A stretch of 64,000 nt of DNA from Candidatus Latescibacterota bacterium. Its GTDB lineage: Bacteria > Latescibacterota > UBA2968 > UBA8231. The DNA lies in the NCBI GenBank assembly GCA_965243025.1, contig CBDETY010000003.1:480001-544000 (forward strand). Direction: 5' to 3'. Below the pieces are notes generated by a model. That model was not told the origin of the DNA and searched no databases. It worked only from the letters and a program-made list of their open reading frames with translations. Position numbers and translations under genes: made by a program. Positions 56,366 to 64,000 of the stretch are shown here, piece after piece; the stretch's first letter is position 1, and the number at the start of each line of letters is the position of its first letter.

Positions 56366-57467
56366 ACCGTACCGGGTCGCCGTCATCGGCTCGACCGGGC
56401 GCGGCGGCTTCGCCCACGGCCTCGACCTCGCCTTTTGCGGTCTCGAGGGGGCGCGCGTGGTAGCCGCCGCCGACCACGATCCGGAAGGGCTGGCCGCCGC
56501 CGGTGAGAAGATCGGGGTGTCGCGCCTCTACACCGACTACCGCAGGATGCTGGAGGCGGAGAAGCCCGACATCTGCGTCATCGCCCCGGGCCGGGTCGGG
56601 GAGCGGGTGCCGATGGTCGAGGCGGCCGCCGCAGCCGGGTGCCACATCTACCTGGAGAAACCGGCCGCCGGAAGCCTCGCGGAGATCGACGCCATCCTCG
56701 CCGCGGTCGAGCCTGACAACCTCAAGGTCGGGGTCGCCCACCAGTGGCGGGCGGCGGCGCCGGTGCAGCGGGCGATCCGCGAGGTCGCCGCGGGGGAACA
56801 CGGGCGCCTGCTGCGCCTGTGGGGCCGCCCCAAGGACGACCCCCGCGGCGGCGGCGAGGAGCTGCTCCTGCACGGCACCCACATGTTCGACCTGATGATC
56901 GCCTTCGCCGGCCCGCCGCGCTGGGTGTGGGGGCACGTGGCCGTCGGGGACCGCGACGCGGCAGTCGAGGACGCCCGCACCGGTTCGGTCGGTCTCATGG
57001 CCGGGGACTCGGTCTCGGCGGTGTTCGGCTTCGACCACGGCGTCCGCGGCTTCTGGGACTCGACCGCCGGACTCGCCGCGCCCGAGCGCGGCATGGGCGA
57101 TCTCTTCGGGGTGGGGCTCGAGTGCGAGCGGGCCCGCCTCGAGCTGCGCCAGCCGGGGGAGGTCTACCTCTATCCGGCGCCGCGGGTGCTGCCCGATCTC
57201 GGGCTCGACTGGGAGCGCCTCGTCGTTCCCGGCTGGCACGAGGAAGAGCATTTCGCCGAGGTGCGGCGCAACTTCCTGCACGCCGGCAACAGGATCCTGG
57301 CCCGCGACCTGATGGCGGCGGTCGCCGCGGACCGCGAGCCCCTGTCGAGCATCCGGTCGGTCCGCTACACCGTCGAAATGGTCCAGGGGGTGTACGCCTC
57401 CCATCTCGCCGGAGGTGTGCGCCTCTCCATCCCGCTGCAGGACCGCGAACATCCACTGAAAGGCTGA
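56358..57467 (+). CDS. Gfo/Idh/MocA oxidoreductase
   Basis: VIGSTGRGG, YLEKP, GTHMFD. Confidence 0.88.
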   Translation: MPEPYRVAVIGSTGRGGFAHGLDLAFCGLEGARVVAAADHDPEGLAAAGEKIGVSRLYTDYRRMLEAEKPDICVIAPGRVGERVPMVEAAAAAGCHIYLEKPAAGSLAEIDAILAAVEPDNLKVGVAHQWRAAAPVQRAIREVAAGEHGRLLRLWGRPKDDPRGGGEELLLHGTHMFDLMIAFAGPPRWVWGHVAVGDRDAAVEDARTGSVGLMAGDSVSAVFGFDHGVRGFWDSTAGLAAPERGMGDLFGVGLECERARLELRQPGEVYLYPAPRVLPDLGLDWERLVVPGWHEEEHFAEVRRNFLHAGNRILARDLMAAVAADREPLSSIRSVRYTVEMVQGVYASHLAGGVRLSIPLQDREHPLKG

Positions 57468-57477
57468 AAGGACTCCC

Positions 57478-58275
57478 ATGACCCGATCCGCCAACTACGT
57501 CGAGCGCTTCAGGGAGGCGGTGGCCGAGGGCCGGCCGGTGGTCGGCACCGAGATCACGCTGACCGATCCGCTCGCTTCCGAAGCCGCCGCCGAGGCCGGC
57601 AGCGACTTCCTCTGGATCGAGACCGAGCACGCCCACCTCGATCTGCCCTCGGTTCTCGCCCATTTGCTGGCGGCGCGCGCCGCGCAGGTGCCGGCCCTGG
57701 TCCGCGTCGGCTGGAACGACGCCGTCCTCATCAAGCGCGTCATCGACCTGGCGCCGGCCGGCATCGTCGTGCCGATGGTCTGCTCCGCCGAAGAAGCCGC
57801 GGCCGCGGTGCGGGCCTTCCGCTATCCGCCCGAGGGGGTGCGCGGCTGGGGCCCGGTGCGCAACATGATGTACTTCGACTCGGCCGACGACTACGTCGCC
57901 GCCGCCGGGGACCAGGTGCTCTGCATCCTCCAGATCGAGCACGTCAAGGCGGTGCGCAACCTCGACGGCATCCTGGCGACTCCCGGGGTCCACGGCATCG
58001 TGCTGGGACCCGGCGACCTGTCGGCGTCGGTGGGCAGGCACGGGAACCGCAACGACCCCGAGGTCGCCGCCATGATCGACACCGTGATCGCCAGGGCCTC
58101 CGCCTCCGGCCTGCTGGTCGGCACCTCGATCGGCTTCGATCCCGATACGGTCAGCGACTGGTTCGCAAAGGGGGTGCAGTGGTTCGCCCTCGGGGATACC
58201 ACCAGCCACATCGCCGAGGGGACCGCCGCGGTCGTGCAGGGGGTGCGGGATCTCGGCTTGTCCCGCAAGTCCTGA
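57478..58275 (+). CDS. HpcH/HpaI aldolase family
   Basis: WIETEH, VRV, QIEH, LGPGDLS. Confidence 0.9.
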   Translation: MTRSANYVERFREAVAEGRPVVGTEITLTDPLASEAAAEAGSDFLWIETEHAHLDLPSVLAHLLAARAAQVPALVRVGWNDAVLIKRVIDLAPAGIVVPMVCSAEEAAAAVRAFRYPPEGVRGWGPVRNMMYFDSADDYVAAAGDQVLCILQIEHVKAVRNLDGILATPGVHGIVLGPGDLSASVGRHGNRNDPEVAAMIDTVIARASASGLLVGTSIGFDPDTVSDWFAKGVQWFALGDTTSHIAEGTAAVVQGVRDLGLSRKS

Positions 58276-58278
58276 ACC

Positions 58279-59871
58279 GTGGCGGAACCCGGCCCATTCA
58301 TCCACGCCTACACCGACCGGCTCAGCGTGCCGCAGGGGGGCGGGATCGGCTTCTGCGTCTCGACCGGCCTGCCTTCATTCGAGGTGGAGATCGCCCGCCT
58401 CGGCGCCCGGCGGCAGGTCGTGTGGACGCGCAGCGCCATCCCCGGCAGGGAGCACCCCGTACCCGCCGACGCCTCGGAGAGGGGCTGCGGCTGGCCGGTG
58501 TCGTTCGCGGTCCCGGTCGGCGCGGACTGGCCCTCCGGGTACTACCAGGCCCTGCTGCGGGGAGAGGACCGGGCCGGAAACCGGGTGCGCGGGGAGGCGG
58601 CCTTCGTCGTGCGCTCCGCCAATCCCGGGCAGGACGCCGCCATCCTGCTGCAGCGGCCGACCAACACGGAAGCGGCCTACAACTCCTGGGGCGGTTCCAC
58701 CTTCTACACCGGCCCGCGCGGGCCGGCGCGCAGGCTCTCCTTCGAGCGGCCGTTCGCCGGTTTCCCGGGGACGGAGCGGTTCCGGTTCACGGTGAGCGGG
58801 GAGTTCGCCTCCGACCTCGACCGGGGAATGGTCCCCGAGGCCCTGGCTGAATCGCTGACCGCCGGAGGGGTCGAGGTTTCCCCCTGGCGGGGCGTCGACG
58901 TCGAGCGCCCCGGAGAGCGCTGGCACATCCTCGACGTCGGCTTCCTGTCGACGCTGGTGCGGCGGGGGGACCGGATCGCCGTGTTCGACGGCTTCTCGAC
59001 CTGGCTGAGTTGCTGGCATCACTGGGAGCGCCACTTCGTCGCCTGGGCCGAGGCGGCCGGGTACGCCATCGACTACGCCGTCAACGGCGACCTCGAGAGC
59101 AACCCCGAGCTGCTGGAAGGGTACCGGCTGGTGCTGTCGGTCGGCCACGACGAGTACTGGTCGGCGCCGATGCGGGACAGCCTGGAGGGGTTCGTCGGGG
59201 CCGGGGGCAACGCCGCATTCTTCAGCGGCAACGTCAGCTGGTGGCAGGTGCGCAGCGAGCAGGAAGGGCGCGCCCTGGTCTGCTGGAAGGACGAGATGGA
59301 AAGGGACCCGCACTTCGCCTCAGGAGACCACGCCACCCTGTCGACCCTCTGGTGCCATCGCCTGATCGGCCGCCCGGAGAACCTGCTCACCGGGGTCAGC
59401 TTCGCGTACGGCGGGTACCACGGCTTCTTTTCCGGGACGCCGCAGACCGGGGCCTACACCGTCCACCGGCCCGGCCACTGGATGTTCGCCGGGACCGGGC
59501 TGAAACAGGGGGACCTGCTCGGGCAGAAGGACCAGATCGTCAGCTACGAGTGCGACGGCTGCGAGTTCGAGCTCGTCGGCGGCCTGCCGGTCCCGACCTG
59601 CCGCGACGGCACCCCTGACAGCTTCGAGATCCTCGCCACCGCGCCGGCTTCCTTGAGCGACGGCGACGACTCGATCGCCATGGCTTCCGAAGCGATCTAC
59701 GGCCCCGGCGCCGGGAGGCGGCTGACCGAGGGGGCCGCGGTCCTGGGGACCTTCAGCCGCGGGGGAACCGTGGTGACCACCGGGTGCACCGACTGGTGCA
59801 TGGGGCTGAAGGGGGGCGATCCCGCGGTGGACCGCATCACCCGCAATATCCTGGACCGGTTGTCGGCTTAG
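58279..59871 (+). CDS. N,N-dimethylformamidase beta-subunit-like protein
   Basis: WPSGYY, TNT..AYN.WGG, SFERP, SVGHDEYWS, FFSGN..WQVR, RPEN.LTG, YECD. Confidence 0.82.
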   Translation: MAEPGPFIHAYTDRLSVPQGGGIGFCVSTGLPSFEVEIARLGARRQVVWTRSAIPGREHPVPADASERGCGWPVSFAVPVGADWPSGYYQALLRGEDRAGNRVRGEAAFVVRSANPGQDAAILLQRPTNTEAAYNSWGGSTFYTGPRGPARRLSFERPFAGFPGTERFRFTVSGEFASDLDRGMVPEALAESLTAGGVEVSPWRGVDVERPGERWHILDVGFLSTLVRRGDRIAVFDGFSTWLSCWHHWERHFVAWAEAAGYAIDYAVNGDLESNPELLEGYRLVLSVGHDEYWSAPMRDSLEGFVGAGGNAAFFSGNVSWWQVRSEQEGRALVCWKDEMERDPHFASGDHATLSTLWCHRLIGRPENLLTGVSFAYGGYHGFFSGTPQTGAYTVHRPGHWMFAGTGLKQGDLLGQKDQIVSYECDGCEFELVGGLPVPTCRDGTPDSFEILATAPASLSDGDDSIAMASEAIYGPGAGRRLTEGAAVLGTFSRGGTVVTTGCTDWCMGLKGGDPAVDRITRNILDRLSA

Positions 59872-59982
59872 GTGAGGGGCGGCCGGCCCCGGGGGCAAAG
59901 CCGGCTTGCGGATCTGCGGTCTCGATGCCCGGGTTTCCGGCCGGCTGATCCCGCCCGGGCTCCTTCGAAAGGGCCGCCCGTT

Positions 59983-60903
59983 TCAGGCCCGGGTCCCGCC
60001 GCAGACGATCCCCGGCACCTGCGCCAGCTCCGGGAGCCCCTTCCGCTGCCGTTCGTGGATGTAGTCCGTGCCCAGCTCTTCCGCGTCGAAGAAGGTGCAC
60101 AATGCCTGCAGGACCGGATGCCGGAAGAAATCCTCCGTGCCCCTGGCGAACGGCATCCAGCAGAGCACGCGGTAGAAGTGGCGGTTGTAGACCATGGCGA
60201 TCATCTGGCGCAGCTCATCCGTGCGGTTGGGCATGCCGCCGTGGTAGAGGCGCATGTCGCGGATGATCAGCGAGCCTTTCTTCGCGGTCGCCTGCAGGAT
60301 CCGGTCCCGCTTCCGGTGCCCGGCGAGCATCTCCTCGTACCCGTCCCCGCCGACCTCGAGCCGGCGCGTTTCCCTGTGCGAACCGAGCCAGACCTCGGTG
60401 GCGCCGTTGGCCTCGGTGAAGTCGATCAGGGGGATGTTGACGACGAGGTTGTGCGGAGGCAGCGGCTGTTCCGTCTCCCCGGGGAACAGCGGCCTGGCGT
60501 CGTGATGGATGTTCTGCTTCCGGGTCTCACGGGGATGCACGGTGTTGGAGCTGTAGAAGTTCCAGTAAAGCCCGTCCCCGAGGATGGCGCGGGCGACCTG
60601 GATCGCGAACTCGTTGTAGCAGATGTCGCGGAACAGCCAGGGGTGGTTCAACGGGGGCGGCAGGCTCTCGTTCGACGACTCCTCGCCGATCGGCCGCCGC
60701 GCCCTCACCTCGTCCATGTCCGCCCGCATCCGCGCCCCCAGTCTTTCAACGTGATCGGGGTTCACCACGTCCTCGAGCAGGACGAGCCCGTCCCGGTCCA
60801 TCACCTCAAGGACCTCGCCGAGACGGCTGTCGCCGAAGGCCTGGGCCTTTCTCTCGGCGTCGTCAGGGCGGATTCGGAACAAGCCTTTCAACAGTTCAAC
60901 CAC
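59983..60903 (-). CDS. PhyH-family dioxygenase
   Basis: QNIHHD, NGATEVWLGSH, LYHGGMPN. Confidence 0.9.
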   Translation of the reverse strand: MVELLKGLFRIRPDDAERKAQAFGDSRLGEVLEVMDRDGLVLLEDVVNPDHVERLGARMRADMDEVRARRPIGEESSNESLPPPLNHPWLFRDICYNEFAIQVARAILGDGLYWNFYSSNTVHPRETRKQNIHHDARPLFPGETEQPLPPHNLVVNIPLIDFTEANGATEVWLGSHRETRRLEVGGDGYEEMLAGHRKRDRILQATAKKGSLIIRDMRLYHGGMPNRTDELRQMIAMVYNRHFYRVLCWMPFARGTEDFFRHPVLQALCTFFDAEELGTDYIHERQRKGLPELAQVPGIVCGGTRA

Positions 60904-60915
60904 TGCCCGGGATTC

Positions 60916-62100
60916 CTACCCCTCGGGCCGAATACGGAACGTCACCCGCACGAACTTCCCGCCCTCGTCCTGCACGAGCTCCGGCTCGGTGCCGTTGAAC
61001 TCCCGCATCGCCTGCCTCATCACCGGCCATCCCCGCCCCCGTTGCTCCATCAGGCGGGCGACGAGGACGGCGTTGGCCATCAGCTCGTTTCGCGAGCGGG
61101 GGTTCCCCCCGGAGCGCACGTTCTCGACCCTCATGTGGTTCGGCAGGGTGCCGGGGCTGGTCACGACGATTCGATCCCGGAATACTTCCAGCAGAACCTT
61201 TGACCCCGTAATCGCGTAGTCGCGGTGGACGACGGCGTTGACGATCGCCTCGCGCAACGCCTTCTCGGGGATCAGGGGCCTGTCCTCCCGTTCGAGACCG
61301 TGGTAGCGCTCGGTCCATCCCAGCCCCCGAACCCATCCCGACACCCGGCGTACCTGCTCGTCGAGACGACCCTTTCCCTCTCCGGTGAGAATGACCTCGG
61401 AAGCCCGGTCCTCCCCCGAATAGGCGGCGCACTGGACGAAGAAGCTCGTGGTCTGCGGGTGGGCCTGCGGCTCCCTGCCGAAGGCCATCAGTCCGTAAAG
61501 GGTGGGGCGCGGGGTTCCGTCGAACTCTGCGAGGATGCGCCGGTTGCGCAGATCGTCGGCGATGGGCGGCTGGGGTTCTTCCCCGGTATCGAGGCCCTGG
61601 GCGCGCAGGAAGGAGCGGAAGGCTCCGGCGTCTATGTCCTCGATGCTCGCCGAGGGAATGACCTGCTCTTCCGTCAGAACGAAGCCGAAGGTGTTGTACA
61701 GCTCCTGGAGCTCGGTGGGGGACGGCTCGACGCTGCTGCGTCCCCGCCTGATCCAGACGCGCCCCCGATGGTGAAGCGGCTCGAATCCCCGCTGGCGGGG
61801 CACCTCGATCCAGTGCACCCATCCGCTGGCGTGGTTGTGCCGCCCGCAGCGCGCGGGAACCGGGGCGCTGCATCCCGAATGCAAGAAGCTGGTAAGCCGT
61901 TCCTGCGCTGCATCCGGGTCCTCACCCACCCCGACGATTTCACTGCGGTCGTCGACCCCGAGGACGATCAGCCCGCCTTCGGCGTTTGCGAAAGCGCAGA
62001 TCGCCCGGCCGATTCCGGAGAGCTCCGCAAGGTCCCGTTTGAATTCGGTGTTCCCGTCTTCGCCCGCCTCGATTCGACTCGCGACTTCGCGCCATTCCAT
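60916..62100 (-). CDS. AlbA_2/Schlafen-like domain + HATPase_c_4 protein
   Basis: E..TEFK, ICAFANAEGG..LGVDD, LREAIVNAVVHRDY, SPG, RN..A, EQRGRG. Confidence 0.88.
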   Translation of the reverse strand: MEWREVASRIEAGEDGNTEFKRDLAELSGIGRAICAFANAEGGLIVLGVDDRSEIVGVGEDPDAAQERLTSFLHSGCSAPVPARCGRHNHASGWVHWIEVPRQRGFEPLHHRGRVWIRRGRSSVEPSPTELQELYNTFGFVLTEEQVIPSASIEDIDAGAFRSFLRAQGLDTGEEPQPPIADDLRNRRILAEFDGTPRPTLYGLMAFGREPQAHPQTTSFFVQCAAYSGEDRASEVILTGEGKGRLDEQVRRVSGWVRGLGWTERYHGLEREDRPLIPEKALREAIVNAVVHRDYAITGSKVLLEVFRDRIVVTSPGTLPNHMRVENVRSGGNPRSRNELMANAVLVARLMEQRGRGWPVMRQAMREFNGTEPELVQDEGGKFVRVTFRIRPEG

Positions 62101-62137
62101 GGGAAACTCCCTGCTTTCCCCCGGTGCAGGATCAGGC

Positions 62138-62899
62138 CTAGTCCAGGCGCACCGGCAGCCCCTCGAGCATGCCGTTCTCGTGCATGTCGACCCACTCGTC
62201 CATGAAGGTCTGGTTCCACTGGTCGGTGAGGGGGTGCTCCATCATGTCGCGGTAGACCGTCCACATGGTGACCAACTCGTCGCAGCCGTCGCGGAACGCG
62301 GCGTACGCGGTCTCCACCGAGCGGATCAGGGCGGCCTGGATGAAGGGGCGCTGCTCCCAGCCGCCGAACATCCGCACGCACTCGCGGATCAGCTTGGTCG
62401 GGTCCCCGCCGACCGCTTTCACCGGGTCGCAGAACGGCAGGATGTGATTGACCCCGGCCTGGGCGACCGCGGCCGCCTGGGTCAGCGAGAAGCAGGTCGT
62501 GCAGTAGGTTTCCACCCCTTCGTCCCGGAAGGCGGCGAACGCCTTGAGGCCGTTCACCGTGCAGGGGATCTTGAGGATGACCTGGTCCGACATCGCCGTG
62601 AACACGCGGCCGACGTCGAGCAGCTCGTCGACGCTGTGGCCGTCGATCTCGACCACCACCGGCTTGTCGGTGATGTCGAGGTAGGCTTTCACGACGTCGA
62701 TCACCGGGCCGTACTTCCCGACCATCTGGTTGAGCACGACCGTGTTGGTGACGATGCCGGCGATGCCGAGGGGCATCCACTCCTTCAGGTCTTCCGGGTC
62801 GCCGGCCAGCCAGATCAGGGGGCCGCGGCCGCGGCGCCGGGCCTCCGTTACCGGTCCGGGCTGCACGCCGTCTGCTGAATTGTCTCGTTCCACTGCCAT
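62138..62899 (-). CDS. Transaldolase/fructose-6-phosphate aldolase family (divergent)
   Basis: GIVTN, ILKIPCT..GL, T.CFS..QA, AALIRS. Confidence 0.8.
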   Translation of the reverse strand: MAVERDNSADGVQPGPVTEARRRGRGPLIWLAGDPEDLKEWMPLGIAGIVTNTVVLNQMVGKYGPVIDVVKAYLDITDKPVVVEIDGHSVDELLDVGRVFTAMSDQVILKIPCTVNGLKAFAAFRDEGVETYCTTCFSLTQAAAVAQAGVNHILPFCDPVKAVGGDPTKLIRECVRMFGGWEQRPFIQAALIRSVETAYAAFRDGCDELVTMWTVYRDMMEHPLTDQWNQTFMDEWVDMHENGMLEGLPVRLD

Positions 62900-63178
62900 T
62901 TCGAGTCCTCCCGAATGGTTCGCCGCCCTGGGGCGGGCCTTTCCTTTGGCTTGCGGGCGGTAGCTTAGGGGGGCGTCGGGGGTCCGTCAACAGAACCGGG
63001 TCCTTCCCGGTCGGGGGTGCGTGCGGCAGGTCCGGTACGGGAAATCCCGGTGAACGAGACAAGCCCGATTGCGCCGCCATCCCATACGGGATTAGTTAGA
63101 GCCCGCAGTCCCGGGATCCCTCGAAAGGCCCTGTCCCGGACCGTTTTCGCCAACAACCCTTCCAGACGGAGCAAGTCC

Positions 63179-64000
63179 ATGAAATCGGGAAGACTCGCCG
63201 CCGTTCTCGCCGCCCTCGCGCTGACCGCAGCCGCGCCCTCCGAAGCGAGCGAAATCGACGCCCAGCGCCTCGTCAACGCCGCCGCTGAACCGGAGAACTG
63301 GCTCACCTACGGCGGTACCTACAACGCCTGGCGCTACAGCCCCCTCGACCAGGTCAACAGCGACAACGTCTCCGACCTGTCCGCGGCATGGGTGTTCCAG
63401 ACCGGGGTCGTCGACGGCGGCTTCTCCTGCACCCCGCTGGTGGCCGACGGGGTCATGTACATCACCTCCTCCTGGAACCGGGTGTTCGCCATCGACGCGG
63501 TCACCGGCGTGGAGCTGTGGCACTACTACCACCCCATGCCGGAGGACTTCGGCCTCATCTACGGCCCCTGGAACCGCGGCGTCGCCCTCGGCAACGGACT
63601 GGTGTTCATGGGGACCATAGACAACCACCTGGTGGCCCTGGACGCCGAGACCGGCGAGGTGGTGTGGGACGTCAACATCGAGGACTGGCAGGAGTGCGGC
63701 TGCAACATCACCGGGGCGCCGCTGGTGGTGAAGGACAAGGTGGTCGTCGGGGTGACCGGGGGGGACTCCGCCCACCGGGGGTACATCAACGCCTACGACG
63801 CCGAGACCGGGAGGCACGCCTGGCGCTTCTACACGATCCCCGGGGAGGGGGAGGAGGGGAACGAAACCTGGCTCGGGGACAGCTGGAAGCTCGGGGGGGG
63901 CTCGACCTGGCTGACCGGCTCCTACGACCCCGACCTCGACCTGCTGTACTGGGGCATCGGCAACCCCTCCTCGGACTTCTACGGCGAGGACCGCCGCGGC
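63179..64000 (+). CDS. PQQ-dependent dehydrogenase, 3'-partial (absent from the ORF track because it has no stop in the window)
   Basis: MKSGRLAAVLAALALTAAAPSEA signal; NWLTYGG.Y..WRYSPLDQVN..NV, TPLVADGVMY, NRGVA, LVALDAETG..W, GGGSTW..GSYDP. Confidence 0.9.
   Translation, partial: MKSGRLAAVLAALALTAAAPSEASEIDAQRLVNAAAEPENWLTYGGTYNAWRYSPLDQVNSDNVSDLSAAWVFQTGVVDGGFSCTPLVADGVMYITSSWNRVFAIDAVTGVELWHYYHPMPEDFGLIYGPWNRGVALGNGLVFMGTIDNHLVALDAETGEVVWDVNIEDWQECGCNITGAPLVVKDKVVVGVTGGDSAHRGYINAYDAETGRHAWRFYTIPGEGEEGNETWLGDSWKLGGGSTWLTGSYDPDLDLLYWGIGNPSSDFYGEDRRG

Noticed and set aside
62900-63178. Cobalamin riboswitch upstream of the PQQ gene
   Set aside because: Only a vague GGGAA..CCGGTGAA resemblance; the B12-box elements were not found.

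Overview
High-GC bacterial chromosomal window. The gene content (eight PhyH-family dioxygenases, several Gfo/Idh/MocA, Ldh_2, enolase and HpcH paralogues, a sulfatase, and secreted proteins ending in 'WGRIKA') resembles Ca. Latescibacterota/Poribacteria-like organisms; this taxonomy is inferred. Most of the window is scattered catabolic genes. The standout is an island at about 14.2-26.0 kb. It has two transcription units that begin with the same regulatory cassette: three palindromic GTATT(A/T)AATAC boxes at a 19-bp period, a sigma54 -24/-12 promoter exactly 139 bp downstream, and a 5' hairpin. Between them lies a soluble beta-propeller/Y_Y_Y-sigma54 AAA+ activator gene. Unit 1 encodes a secreted Cys-rich peptide with insect-defensin-like CSab spacing, four tandem mosaic CBM9/DOMON-like paralogues (one frameshifted) and a TolB-like protein. 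Unit 2 encodes two more paralogues. All eight island products (the frameshifted copy after repair) are predicted to start with His after signal cleavage. A further WGRIK-tailed gene with its own sigma54 motif at 46.3-47.0 kb abuts a truncated antitoxin and an orphan VapC. No rRNA, tRNA, CRISPR, transposase or reverse transcriptase was recognised. All family calls are by eye from motifs, not from database searches.
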